Positions 25,644 through 35,782 of a DNA stretch of 50,869 bases are shown in pieces. A program made the position numbers and the translations under genes. Below the pieces are notes generated by a model. It saw nothing but the letters and a program-made list of their open reading frames with translations, did no database searches and was not told the origin of the DNA. This DNA comes from a virus. Positions within the stretch are counted from its first letter, which is position 1; every line of letters starts with the position of its first letter. The DNA lies in IMG/VR virus record IMGVR_UViG_3300016484_001084, positions 1 to 50,869 of that record. One strand, 5' to 3'.

Positions 25644-27379
25644 GACTGACGCTTAACAACTTCACAAAAGGCTTGTGGTTACTAAACGGCAAAGAAACGA
25701 CCATGGAGGGGTTTATTCGTCGTGCAAAAGGGATGCACGAGTTGCGAACCCCCACATTACGAACCAGAGCGGGGTGTGTTTCCTTGTCGAGTAATGTAGT
25801 CCACACCGTTGCGAGTATTGCTCAGTTATCCGGCGAAACCTACTACACCGACTGGGACGGCGCGACTGTTAAATTCTACAAAATCAGTAGTGCCGGCTCG
25901 TTAAAAACCCTCACACAGTATCCCAACGCTATCCTGCGACTTCCACCAACGGGCGGTCAAAGCGATCAGTTATTTGTCGTTGATGGAACAGGCTCGTTCA
26001 AAATCAGCAGCAGTGGAACTATTACGAATTGGGGCATTGACGCACCTCCTTTTGGTCTCGTGAATCTTGCAGACGGCGGTGCTGGAGCCATGGCAGCTGG
26101 TACTTATAGCTACCAAGTAACATTCCTCAACACAAATACAGGAGCACGGAGCAATCCTAACCTACCGGCTACGTTAATTCTAGGTGCCAATCGACGTATC
26201 AATATTACAGCTATTCCTACGTCGGCTGACAGCCAAGTAAATGCACGCGAGATTTGGCGTACGACAGCAAGCGGTGGCCGACTGTTTAAGTTAACACAAA
26301 TCAACGACAATGTGACCACGACCTACGTTGATAATGCTGCGGACACGGCTTTGCAAGCACTGGAACTTCCATTCGATAATGCGGCACCGTATACCAGCGC
26401 GTTCTCGATTTTAACTGCGTGGGCCACAGTCGATCGGCGGGTGTGGTGGTTGAGTGCTGTTGGGCCTCAAGCTGGCAATATTTACTATAGCCCTCCCGGT
26501 CGTCCTGAATCCGTACGTGGGTTTATTTTTGCGGGTGGAACTGACGAAGGTCTTGTGCAAGGACTGTCGTGGAATACCGCAAATTGGGTATTTAGCTTAC
26601 AACGGTTGTTTCGTATTGTCGGTGATGATGAGCCATTTCAAGCGGTGCCCATAGACGGCGTGCCAGGGTTAATGTCGCAAACTGGACTCGCCATTACACC
26701 AGTCGGCATTGCGTATTGTAGTTATAACGGTGTTTACCTCTTTGACGGCTCTCGTGCTGTGTTGTTGGGGTTTGATGAACTGGCTCCGTATTTTCGCGAC
26801 GAAACGGCAGAGGGTTTACTGCCATACATACCGAGTGCTAGTACTTACCTCACGTATTGGCGTGAACAACTCTACCTGTCTCAACCCACTAACAACAACC
26901 AAACGCTCGTCTACAGTTTTCGAACGCAATCGTGGCGCAATTTGGGTATCGGTCTGTCCGGCAACTACACCTTCCGCAACCACCTCTATGCTGGTGTCAA
27001 CGGACGAATCCAAGACGTTGAAAACAACAACGCGATCAACAGCCTGACCGATAACGGAACAGCAATCGATATCGAATGGGAAATCGGCGGTGCGTTGACG
27101 GATATTGCACATTACGGAACGATTCAGCGGTTATATCTCGACTTAGATACACAAAACGAAACCATAACTGTTGAATTGATTATTGACGGTTCGACAACAT
27201 CGATCGGAACAGCTAGTTGTGTTGGTCGTACACTCGTTGAATTGCCGGTCTCGTCGAATTGGCAAGCGCGTGTCTTTTCTGTTCGTTTAACCGGATCGGT
27301 TTCAAATCGCGTCGAAGTGTTTGCGATCAGTGTTGATGTGAAGTTGGAGGGCAGCAACAAAGATGTGGGGGTTGGATGA
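25640..27379 (+). CDS. large tail protein (tail tubular/nozzle-like candidate)
   Basis: 579 aa from ATG 25640 (ATGA overlap). Assigned by position only. Confidence 0.4.
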   Translation: MRLTLNNFTKGLWLLNGKETTMEGFIRRAKGMHELRTPTLRTRAGCVSLSSNVVHTVASIAQLSGETYYTDWDGATVKFYKISSAGSLKTLTQYPNAILRLPPTGGQSDQLFVVDGTGSFKISSSGTITNWGIDAPPFGLVNLADGGAGAMAAGTYSYQVTFLNTNTGARSNPNLPATLILGANRRINITAIPTSADSQVNAREIWRTTASGGRLFKLTQINDNVTTTYVDNAADTALQALELPFDNAAPYTSAFSILTAWATVDRRVWWLSAVGPQAGNIYYSPPGRPESVRGFIFAGGTDEGLVQGLSWNTANWVFSLQRLFRIVGDDEPFQAVPIDGVPGLMSQTGLAITPVGIAYCSYNGVYLFDGSRAVLLGFDELAPYFRDETAEGLLPYIPSASTYLTYWREQLYLSQPTNNNQTLVYSFRTQSWRNLGIGLSGNYTFRNHLYAGVNGRIQDVENNNAINSLTDNGTAIDIEWEIGGALTDIAHYGTIQRLYLDLDTQNETITVELIIDGSTTSIGTASCVGRTLVELPVSSNWQARVFSVRLTGSVSNRVEVFAISVDVKLEGSNKDVGVG

Positions 27380-27873
27380 TCGCCTACCAACACACGTTTG
27401 AGCAAGACGCGCTGCTGCTTACCTGGTACCAAGAACTGATCCAAAGCGGCGACATGGCCGTCACCTTCATGCCGTCGAGCTACCCCTTGAGCAAATGGTT
27501 TGAGGTGTTTCGCACGGCTGAGTTGGTGTATGAGGCGGACGAGAAAGGCATCTGGTGGGCCGCATGGGTCGAGCCGTCGTTTGGTATCTCGATGTACAGT
27601 ATGTGGTGCCGTACCGACAAACGCCGATCACTTCGGAATGCGACGAATACCAAGAAGGCGCTCAACGCGGCCCTGACGCTTAGGGGGACGGTGTTCGGCG
27701 TCACCTGCCAGCCCTCCTTGCTTGAGCTTCATCGACGCATGGGCTACACTGTGGTCGGTGAAGTTCCAGGCTTGTGGGAGGGGCGACCTGCGTGGCTGGT
27801 ATCGTTGACCCGCGAAGGGTTCGAGAAAGGCTGCTTCCATGGGCGGAAAAAAGTCGAGTTCACCGGAAGTTGA
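27376..27873 (+). CDS. possible GNAT-fold acetyltransferase-like protein
   Basis: The C-terminal LHRRMGYTVVGEVPGLW resembles the GNAT motif B region. Motif A is degenerate. Confidence 0.3.
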   Translation: MIAYQHTFEQDALLLTWYQELIQSGDMAVTFMPSSYPLSKWFEVFRTAELVYEADEKGIWWAAWVEPSFGISMYSMWCRTDKRRSLRNATNTKKALNAALTLRGTVFGVTCQPSLLELHRRMGYTVVGEVPGLWEGRPAWLVSLTREGFEKGCFHGRKKVEFTGS

Positions 27874-28426
27874 TAACCTCGGCAATTATGCGCGGGCGTT
27901 GTTTAACGAAACGGCAGGTCTGCGCAAAACTTACGAGGATCAAGGGTTAGAAGCTCTCAAGACAGGCGGCATTACCGCGCAGATTCCGCTGATTGCTCGT
28001 GCGCTGGAAGCCAGCAAAGGTCAGCTGTCACAGGATGTGAGCCAGACCAATGACGAGCTAGCTCGGCGCAATCTGTCCGGCACCCCGTTTGGAGAAGGCA
28101 TTCGTTCACAGACGCGTACACTCGGCAATCAACAGATTGCAAGGATTCCTACCGACTACGCACAAGGGTTTATTCAGCAGCTTCCCAGCTTCCTCGCCTC
28201 CTTAACTGGCCAGAGCTTTGGTGGGATGGGGAACGCCGCCGGAGCACAAAGTAACATTGTGCAAAGTCGTAACCAGGGCTTCACCAGCTCACTCAATACC
28301 TTTGTGCCGCTGGCGACGAGTTTAGGAGTTGGTGCGCTCTCAGGTGGATTAGGAGCAGGCATGGGCGGTGGAAGTCTTGGCACCATCATGACCGGCGCAC
28401 TTGGCGGCATGAAAGGAAAACTGTAA
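27839..28426 (+). CDS. Gly-rich internal virion protein candidate
   Basis: 195 aa. C-terminal GVGALSGGLGAGMGGGSLG hydrophobic-glycine tract. Confidence 0.45.
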   Translation: MGGKKSSSPEVDNLGNYARALFNETAGLRKTYEDQGLEALKTGGITAQIPLIARALEASKGQLSQDVSQTNDELARRNLSGTPFGEGIRSQTRTLGNQQIARIPTDYAQGFIQQLPSFLASLTGQSFGGMGNAAGAQSNIVQSRNQGFTSSLNTFVPLATSLGVGALSGGLGAGMGGGSLGTIMTGALGGMKGKL

Positions 28427-30765
28427 TGCTCGACGCGGTGCTGCGTACCCTCGGTGGCGCGGTCAACGGTATGGACGAGGCCATCAACGGGCGTCGGAAG
28501 CAGCAGCAGGCTCAGGACCAGGAAGCGAACGTTACCAAGCACTATGAGACTGAGGCCAACAAGGCCGCAGATACCGGTGACTGGCAGTACTTCTATGCCA
28601 ATGAAGACGAGCTGACCAAGCGGATTCATCCAGCGATCTTGCAATCCTTAGTCAGCAAAACGAAGCTCAACAACGCCCGCCTGTTCGATCAACAGATGGC
28701 AGCGGGCGAACAACCGACCATTCCACTCTCACCCGGTAACATGGCCCAGCGCGGACGACCGGTACAGTACCCGATGATGGGCGGTCCGTCGGTGCCGGTG
28801 AATCCGTTGCAAGCGGTGATGCAGACACAAATGGATCCTGGTACTGAACCGGATCAACCTTATAACGGTGAGGTAGGCGGATTTGCCCAGCCTGACATGG
28901 GCGTGCAATCGTTGAAGCCTGGTATTCCACCCACACCGCCTCCATTGCTGAATGCAGCAGCGTTTAATGGTGGGGTACCTGACCAGCCAACAGATATGTC
29001 GACGGCGATACAGCCGACTGGCCCAGAACAACCGATTGTGCAAGCTGAACCCGCACTACAACGAGCACCGGTTGCACCGACCAAATCAGTACAACCAACA
29101 GCGCCGGTTCAACAGGACTTCACATTTCCCGCTGACCGCCAAGCCAAAAACAGCTCCTCAGTCGTGCATACCCCGATCGGCCCTCGTACCCTCAGTCGCA
29201 GCCAGACCGCGCTGACTGGGCCAGAAGTGACTGGTTCGTTGCTGTCACAAGCCGACGAGATGGGCAAAACCCCCGACGAAGCGTTTACCTACTTCAACAA
29301 GGAAAACAATAAACGGCTGCAAGACGGCAAACCGACGTTTGAGTGGGATCATCAGCAGATGAATGCCGCTAATGCGCGGCAGTGGGACAAGACTCGAGCC
29401 GGTATTCAGGACTACCTCGAATCACAGCTCAACTACCCACGCGAGGTGGCCCAGCGCGAATCAGCCATCATGGCCAGCCGAAAGTTGCAATTCACGCCGT
29501 CTCAATATACCAGCCTCGTCAACCCGTCTGAGTCTGATGTGGCCAACGGCGCCTTCAACAACGCGGTCAAAACAGCCTCCATTCAGATCGACAGCATGTT
29601 GGAAGGCGTGCAAGCCCCGTTGAAATCCACCCGGCCCTCGGTGCTGCTCAATGATGTGTTTACCAAACCGTTTCTGAAGCAGGCGATCGATAGCGTCCCA
29701 GGTGCCAACTTGCAACCAGCTGCTCGGACAGCGGCCTTGCACACCCTCGCCAATACCGCCCACAGTGCCTTCTTTACTGCGATTCAGCAGGCACGACCGG
29801 ACCTGACGCGGTTCCAGCAAAACTACTTTGCGATGTCGATGGCGAGTAAAGCGGTTGGGGGAGATGTGCCGGAACAGTGGCGGGCGTTTGTCGAGCAGGA
29901 TCCGGTTAAGTTAGGGCTCCTCAGCAGCGATAACCTGCCCTACTACCAAAGTATGCCCGAGAAACTGCGACCGGACTTGCTTGATCCTGATGCCGGCCAA
30001 CGTGTACAGAATTATCGCACTGATCTCGAACGGACTCAGGATCGCGCCAAACAGTACGAGCAAGCTATGCGTGGTGTGATCAAGACGCCTGAAGGTCAAA
30101 CGGCGTTCAACCAGATGCTCACCAACCAGTCAAACGGACAAGCAGCTGGTTCTAGCAAAGGAAAAGCGATCACACCAGCCACAATCGGCCAACAAGACCG
30201 TTCTATCGCCTTGCAACAATCCAAAGCCGAGAAAACCCAAGGTGAGCAGATCAAGAAAGACTTCTCACAAGCCGACACCACCGAGATGAAGTCCATCAAG
30301 CAACGTGATGATATCTACAAACTGGCCATCCAGAGCCAGCAGGCCTTTGGTGCAAAAGACGAGGCTGGCCGCAGTGTCTTGGAACGCTATGCCGCCACCC
30401 CGGCCTTTGCGCGAGAGACAGTCCAAAGCCTGTTGAATAAGATTGGGTCAGGTGATCCGCAATTGAATCAGTTGACCAGCGTACTAGGTGAGTTGCAGAA
30501 CATCAAACGACTTGAGTTCGCCGGTACCGCCGCCTCGGTCAACGAAATGAAGGAGCTGGTGAAGTTTGTGCCCAGCATGGATGACAACTTGACACTCGCT
30601 GCCACCAAGCTGAACGAGTTCACCAAACGGTTGCGCGGTACCATGACACGTGACATCGACTTGATCGGCAAGAACACACCTGGCACCGATCTGTCTGGTC
30701 TGCACTACCACAAGATTGAAGCTGCCCGGGCTCGCCAGCGCGAGAAAGCCAAGAAGAAGGAGTAG
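28426..30765 (+). CDS. large internal virion/ejection protein candidate
   Basis: 779 aa, Q/P-rich with long helical regions. Assigned by position. Confidence 0.45.
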   Translation: MLDAVLRTLGGAVNGMDEAINGRRKQQQAQDQEANVTKHYETEANKAADTGDWQYFYANEDELTKRIHPAILQSLVSKTKLNNARLFDQQMAAGEQPTIPLSPGNMAQRGRPVQYPMMGGPSVPVNPLQAVMQTQMDPGTEPDQPYNGEVGGFAQPDMGVQSLKPGIPPTPPPLLNAAAFNGGVPDQPTDMSTAIQPTGPEQPIVQAEPALQRAPVAPTKSVQPTAPVQQDFTFPADRQAKNSSSVVHTPIGPRTLSRSQTALTGPEVTGSLLSQADEMGKTPDEAFTYFNKENNKRLQDGKPTFEWDHQQMNAANARQWDKTRAGIQDYLESQLNYPREVAQRESAIMASRKLQFTPSQYTSLVNPSESDVANGAFNNAVKTASIQIDSMLEGVQAPLKSTRPSVLLNDVFTKPFLKQAIDSVPGANLQPAARTAALHTLANTAHSAFFTAIQQARPDLTRFQQNYFAMSMASKAVGGDVPEQWRAFVEQDPVKLGLLSSDNLPYYQSMPEKLRPDLLDPDAGQRVQNYRTDLERTQDRAKQYEQAMRGVIKTPEGQTAFNQMLTNQSNGQAAGSSKGKAITPATIGQQDRSIALQQSKAEKTQGEQIKKDFSQADTTEMKSIKQRDDIYKLAIQSQQAFGAKDEAGRSVLERYAATPAFARETVQSLLNKIGSGDPQLNQLTSVLGELQNIKRLEFAGTAASVNEMKELVKFVPSMDDNLTLAATKLNEFTKRLRGTMTRDIDLIGKNTPGTDLSGLHYHKIEAARARQREKAKKKE

Positions 30766-30767
30766 TC

Positions 30768-32783
30768 GTGCCGAAACCACCGCTCCCAACCGACACCGAC
30801 GAATATCTCAATCAGCCAATTCCTGACGTTGGGGATGACAACGCGGACGCCTATCTCAACCAGGATATTCCCGATGAGGTAGCGATCCCCGCGAAACCGA
30901 CAGCGGCCTTAGCCAGCCGCGCCGACATGGGTGCGTTTATTGGCGGCATGGGTGGAGCACAGATGGGTGGTCCGATCGTTACTGCGCGTGGTGTAGGGGC
31001 TGCGGTCGGCGCTGGTGTTGGGCACTTTGTTGGTCAAATGGCAGACGATCTCGAGCAGGGCGGGTTTCAGCAAGCCACACAAAACTTCGGTGACAAGCTG
31101 ATCGAGGCCGCGAAAGTGGGGTTGACCAACGGATCCGCAGAGATGGCCCTTCCACTCCTTGGTCAGACTGCCATGGCGGTTCCTGGTGTACGAAGTGGAC
31201 TCCAGAAGGTCGGTGGTGCCATCGCCAAGAAAGTCGGCGAATGGATCATGCCGCCGATGAATCCCGAAACCAAAGCGATGGCCGGTAAGTTGAGCAAGGA
31301 AGGGTCGCCTGGATTGCCGCCGTTGACACGCATCGATCCCACCCGCGACCAACCGCAGGGGATTTCTCAACTCGGCGAAACCATCGCCTTCAATGCGTGG
31401 CATGGTACCGGTGGTCCACTCCAGCGAACCTTTGACGTGAACGAACAAGCGGCTCAGCAAGCCTTCGAACGCTTCCACGGCGCGATGAACAACATGACGC
31501 CCAAGGACTTCGAAGCGGTGGCCCAGGATGTCGTCACCAAGCGCATCAAGCAATACCTCACCGGACCGATGGACAAGATCTACGACAATATCCGGCAGCG
31601 AGCACCGGGCAATATTGTGAACGTGGATAAGATGCTGCTCGAGCTCCGCAACCCTCGCAGTAACATGGGCAACGAGGTAATCAGCGGATTGCGGAATATT
31701 CGTGAAGCTGCCGACAACCCGAAAGAGATCGATCGATTGATTGATCTGCTTGGGACACCGAAAAAGGGTACAGCGACGCAGGCTCGACCGATGCTCACAC
31801 TCGACCAGGCCATGCGACTCAAGACCCAGCTGCAAAACATTGCCGACACGCCGCTTGGCACCGACAGCAGCAAGAACGTCTACTACAAAACCGCCGGACG
31901 GTTGGCAGGTGAGGTGGAGCAGGCCATTCAGAACGGGTTGCAAAAAGCGTCGGTGCGGCTCAACGATCCGAAGCTCCTCTCTACCTACCAAAATGCCAGC
32001 CAAACTTATGCACGGTTAGCGTCAAAGTATGACAGCGATCTCCTCAACAAAACCTTGCAATCGATCGACAACCGGCCAGGGAGTCTCGCCGGGATCCTGC
32101 TTCCTCAGACTGGCCCTGGTACCGAGTTCGCCAAAAATCCCGGCAAGTGGCGTGAAAGCCTCGATGCGTTCAAGGCAGCCTACGGGCCTCGCTGGAATAC
32201 CGAGGTGCGTCCGCTGATGGCGGCCACGTTGGCCAATCGAGCCTTTACCCAATCAGAAGGACGCTACAACGGCAAGTTGCTCACTGACGAGCTCAACAAA
32301 TACGGCAAAGAGAATCTGGACGCGGTGCTCGGCTCCAACACGGCCCAGGTCTTGATGGACCACGCCAAGACCCTTGAGCGGGTGGCTCAACGACCGAAGG
32401 GGCCAGGATCGGCTTACATCAAGATCGCCCAAGCCTCGGCCCTTGCAGCTGGCGTCGGATCGGTCACTGGGTTTGCATTCACCGGCGACTACGAGAACGC
32501 CGTAAAAGACGCCTCAGCCACCATTCTCATTGCACCGTGGGTGCTGGGCCATCTCTACGGCAACCCCACCTTGCTCAAAGCCTTCGACAGCGGATTGATG
32601 AAATTTCACCAAACCGGCAAACCTCCATCAACCTTGATGACCACCCTGCGCCAGGCCGTCGCAACGGCTGCACAACCCGAGCTCGACAAGAAGGGCCAAG
32701 CGTTGATGGAATCCACCACCCGCAAGTTCCTTCCTGCCGATACGTCGGATCGGATCTTTTCGCGGCAGCCGACGCAGGAGTAG
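30768..32783 (+). CDS. large internal virion/ejection protein candidate
   Basis: 671 aa, GTG start 30768 with AAGAAGGAG RBS. Last gene of the rightward arm. Confidence 0.45.
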   Translation: MPKPPLPTDTDEYLNQPIPDVGDDNADAYLNQDIPDEVAIPAKPTAALASRADMGAFIGGMGGAQMGGPIVTARGVGAAVGAGVGHFVGQMADDLEQGGFQQATQNFGDKLIEAAKVGLTNGSAEMALPLLGQTAMAVPGVRSGLQKVGGAIAKKVGEWIMPPMNPETKAMAGKLSKEGSPGLPPLTRIDPTRDQPQGISQLGETIAFNAWHGTGGPLQRTFDVNEQAAQQAFERFHGAMNNMTPKDFEAVAQDVVTKRIKQYLTGPMDKIYDNIRQRAPGNIVNVDKMLLELRNPRSNMGNEVISGLRNIREAADNPKEIDRLIDLLGTPKKGTATQARPMLTLDQAMRLKTQLQNIADTPLGTDSSKNVYYKTAGRLAGEVEQAIQNGLQKASVRLNDPKLLSTYQNASQTYARLASKYDSDLLNKTLQSIDNRPGSLAGILLPQTGPGTEFAKNPGKWRESLDAFKAAYGPRWNTEVRPLMAATLANRAFTQSEGRYNGKLLTDELNKYGKENLDAVLGSNTAQVLMDHAKTLERVAQRPKGPGSAYIKIAQASALAAGVGSVTGFAFTGDYENAVKDASATILIAPWVLGHLYGNPTLLKAFDSGLMKFHQTGKPPSTLMTTLRQAVATAAQPELDKKGQALMESTTRKFLPADTSDRIFSRQPTQE

Positions 32784-32787
32784 TGAA

Positions 32788-33012
32788 CTACTGCACCCGC
32801 TGACAATAGCCGGTTAAGCTGTCACACACCATATTGCCCGACCGATAAAAGTACTGCTGTGACTGCATGTATCGTTGCATACGCTGCTCTTCCTGCCGCC
32901 GCTGCTGATCTGCTTGTGCGGCTTCATTCATCCCCTGCAACGCGCCGTTCATGGTTTCGCAGCCACCCACCACCAAACACACAATCACTAGGATTCCTCG
33001 TATAAGTGCCAT
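32788..33012 (-). CDS. small lipoprotein (superinfection-exclusion candidate)
   Basis: MALIRGILVIVCLVVGGC lipobox, GGAGG RBS. Last gene of the leftward arm. Confidence 0.55.
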   Translation of the reverse strand: MALIRGILVIVCLVVGGCETMNGALQGMNEAAQADQQRRQEEQRMQRYMQSQQYFYRSGNMVCDSLTGYCQRVQ

Positions 33013-34214
33013 CGATACCTCCGTTTGAGATGTCCAGTATTGACGGTTTGTACATCCACCACGACCTGATCCCCTTCAATCAACGTCGCCAACGCCTTAT
33101 CCAGCCGCTCCTTGTTCAACCCGCGCCCTTGTCCTTTTTGCATTAACTGAGAGCGAGTAATGATCCCCGCTCGTTCGATCAGCTCTTGTACTTTTAGGAC
33201 ATCCGCTGATTGCGGTGTCGTCGCCGCCATGTTCACCACCCCACCGATATCGTAGGTGAGATCAGTCCAGGCTTCAATCGCCTCAGTCATGTGCGCTGCC
33301 GTCACGGTGGTATCCACCACACACTGGCCTTGCTCATCGAACTCGCCGTCCCAGTCAGTCAGCGCAAACAGGAGCGCGAGCTTGTACACCATCTCGTCCG
33401 CTCGGTAGAAGCTCGGATCCAACGCACGATCCTCGGGCTCTGGTCGGTTGAGGTACCACTGATCATGCACCTCGATCGCGTCTTCACTGAGCTGATACTC
33501 GCCGGCGACCCAGACGTAGGCTTCCGCGCGACGACGAAGCTCGGCCTTGATGTCCTCGTAGTCTGGTGGGTACAAGACGCGAGGATGTCGCACATTCCGG
33601 TCCCGTCGAGCCTGCACCAAACACACACGAGCCAAAAATCCAGACTCCATCGCAGACTTCGGGACCGACTCCACCAACCAGGCTTCGTTGGAGCCCGCCA
33701 GCCAGTTACAGGTTGGTTTGACGATCTTGTTGTAGCCTCGACCTCGCGTGCCTTCGATAATCGGCTGACTGGGACGCATGAATACCCCTGTCATGAAGGT
33801 GAGCAACCCGTAGGCCAGCTCCCCTTGCGGCAACGCCATGGCCAGCTCCTCGGTGACAAAATAGACCTTGGGTTGGATCGCTGTCCGCATCCCATCAGGA
33901 CTGACTGCTTTGACATCCTTCAGCAGAAAATCGATAAAGGCTTGTTTCGTGGCCATCCCTGAATAGAGCTGCGTTTCCTCGATCCCCTCAATCAGCTTCA
34001 TCGCGATGTCGATCGCATTGCCCTTGCCGCACCCAGACGGACCGATGAGGAACACATAGAGGTTGGGGTAGACTTGCTTCCCCTGCGATACGTTGAGCCA
34101 CACCCGATCCCCCACCAGCGCGGCCACGACACTCAACGCACACCAGTAGTGAAATCGTTTGGGTACCTCACTGACCCCGGTATGGCGCAGATAGAGATCA
34201 ATGAAGTTTTCCAT
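32988..34214 (-). CDS. P-loop NTPase, DUF3987/primase-associated replicative helicase-like
   Basis: Walker A FLIGPSGCGKGN and Walker-B-like YFVTEE. Architecture resembles phage/plasmid D5-type or DUF3987 helicases. Confidence 0.55.
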   Translation of the reverse strand: MENFIDLYLRHTGVSEVPKRFHYWCALSVVAALVGDRVWLNVSQGKQVYPNLYVFLIGPSGCGKGNAIDIAMKLIEGIEETQLYSGMATKQAFIDFLLKDVKAVSPDGMRTAIQPKVYFVTEELAMALPQGELAYGLLTFMTGVFMRPSQPIIEGTRGRGYNKIVKPTCNWLAGSNEAWLVESVPKSAMESGFLARVCLVQARRDRNVRHPRVLYPPDYEDIKAELRRRAEAYVWVAGEYQLSEDAIEVHDQWYLNRPEPEDRALDPSFYRADEMVYKLALLFALTDWDGEFDEQGQCVVDTTVTAAHMTEAIEAWTDLTYDIGGVVNMAATTPQSADVLKVQELIERAGIITRSQLMQKGQGRGLNKERLDKALATLIEGDQVVVDVQTVNTGHLKRRYRWHLYEES

Positions 34215-34446
34215 CGCGCTTCTCCGTGGCCTCCCGTCGGCACTTCTCGATGTACAATTCACGAACACGCGACAAGGAGGCTTGCAGCGCACCGGCCACG
34301 TCGAGCGTCATTCCGATTTCGGTAAACGCGCCGATGTTCAAAATCATCAACGGTTCGCGGGTTCGTTCGTCGGTGCCTAGTCGCACCACGATTTGACGTG
34401 ACAACACTTCGATGTTAGAGAGATCAACCTTCGTTCGTCTGGGCAT
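34198..34446 (-). CDS. hypothetical protein
   Basis: ATG 34446. 82 aa. Confidence 0.45.
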   Translation of the reverse strand: MPRRTKVDLSNIEVLSRQIVVRLGTDERTREPLMILNIGAFTEIGMTLDVAGALQASLSRVRELYIEKCRREATEKRDGKLH

Positions 34447-34591
34447 GCGCACACTCCTTTGTGTCGTAGTTCATTGTCGGTGGTTTTTCTTCGGGGTGGC
34501 TTAAAAAATATAATTGCCAACAGCGACCGCACAAACTACTAGGTCGGCGTTTGGCTTCGTACTTGGGATGACTCGCGCACCAGTCGCTCAT
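34424..34591 (-). CDS. small Cys/His zinc-binding-like protein
   Basis: MSDWCASHP...CGRC. CAGGAGG RBS. Confidence 0.45.
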   Translation of the reverse strand: MSDWCASHPKYEAKRRPSSLCGRCWQLYFLSHPEEKPPTMNYDTKECAHAQTNEG

Positions 34592-34845
34592 AGCCCCTCC
34601 TGCTGTTGGCGCAACCTCGCTGCAATGCACTTGCCGTGCTGATACCAGGAAGCCCCACCTAACGCGCAATTCAGCTCAGGGTAGACCCCCTCTGTTTCGG
34701 CTATCTTCGCCGCCTGCTCCCACACCTCTCGCTCAGCTTGTACAATTCTTTCTGCTGCAACCCTCACAGGGACATACCGCTCAAATTCCTCTAGGATACT
34801 CTCGCCAGTGCTCAATTCGTATTCTAAGCGTTCTTTCCGTGTCAT
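34588..34845 (-). CDS. hypothetical protein
   Basis: 85 aa, ATGA overlap with the upstream gene. Confidence 0.5.
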   Translation of the reverse strand: MTRKERLEYELSTGESILEEFERYVPVRVAAERIVQAEREVWEQAAKIAETEGVYPELNCALGGASWYQHGKCIAARLRQQQEGL

Positions 34846-35240
34846 GGTTGATCCTCCTGCTCCCGCCAGGCCTGCACCTCGGGGGAGTCGAGAAATTGCT
34901 GCGCTTGCTTTACTGTCCCAACTGATACCGTATCCGATATGGTCGCAGCCGCAAACAACATAGCCCGCTCCATCAGCGCGTGATAGGCTTCTTTCCACGC
35001 TGCTACCGCTACTCGTGTGTATTCTGCCGCCGCCATGCGAATTACAGCCTCTTGGTCGGTTCCAGTGCCCATCACGATTGATTTCCATTCTTTGAGTTCA
35101 GCAATCTCCCGATCCTTCTCGGCCAGGGCGTGACCAACTACTAGCTTAAACGCATCCCGTTCACTTCGGGCCATCCCAGCGTATTCTCCGATCCCACGGT
35201 GAGCTGCATCAAATTGCCAATAGAGTTGTTCAATGTCCAT
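34842..35240 (-). CDS. hypothetical protein
   Basis: 132 aa ORF. Confidence 0.5.
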   Translation of the reverse strand: MDIEQLYWQFDAAHRGIGEYAGMARSERDAFKLVVGHALAEKDREIAELKEWKSIVMGTGTDQEAVIRMAAAEYTRVAVAAWKEAYHALMERAMLFAAATISDTVSVGTVKQAQQFLDSPEVQAWREQEDQP

Positions 35241-35247
35241 GCCCCCC

Positions 35248-35514
35248 TCACTTTCTGCGTTGGGTGAGTCTGTACTCTAACTCATACAGTGCGATCGATA
35301 CGCCGGCATGAATATCGGCGTTGTCGCATGATTGCGCACGCTCAATATCCCTGATCTGCCTCCGTATCCACGCATGTTCGGCACGGAGGAGTTTGGTGAC
35401 CTCTGGGTATTCCATGCACCCGCCACAACGAAACCCCTTAGTGCGTTGTTGCTTGTTTAAAACATAAATCCGTTTCAAGACCATTCTCTCAAAACGATCA
35501 GGCTTCTTCGGCAT
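35248..35514 (-). CDS. hypothetical protein
   Basis: ATG 35514 with GAGGAG upstream. 88 aa. Confidence 0.45.
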   Translation of the reverse strand: MPKKPDRFERMVLKRIYVLNKQQRTKGFRCGGCMEYPEVTKLLRAEHAWIRRQIRDIERAQSCDNADIHAGVSIALYELEYRLTQRRK

Positions 35515-35722
35515 CGTGTCTCCTCGTGTTTGGTGCCGACGGCAGGACTTGACACGTATCTCTTTCATATCGGTATCGTGGATGATCAACATGATCGCAA
35601 CCCATTCTCACGCAAAATTCGCTGAATTTGTTGTGCAAGGCGAGTAGCCCGCATTTCACGCAACGATCCCGCCCAATCCCTTTCATTTTCACCCATCGGT
35701 GAGGCTCTATTTCGAAATTCAT
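35498..35722 (-). CDS. small zinc-binding-like protein
   Basis: CVKCG...C.....CDH pattern. 74 aa. Confidence 0.45.
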   Translation of the reverse strand: MNFEIEPHRWVKMKGIGRDRCVKCGLLALHNKFSEFCVRMGCDHVDHPRYRYERDTCQVLPSAPNTRRHDAEEA

Positions 35723-35782
35723 TCAATCACCCGTATCCTTCCCGCGCACACCAACCGAACCAAGACATGCTATCCCTCCTTT

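Noticed and set aside
30909-32003. 364-aa minus-strand ORF
   Set aside because: It lies entirely antisense within the 671-aa late gene. Its composition is typical of a reverse-frame shadow, and it has no start context.
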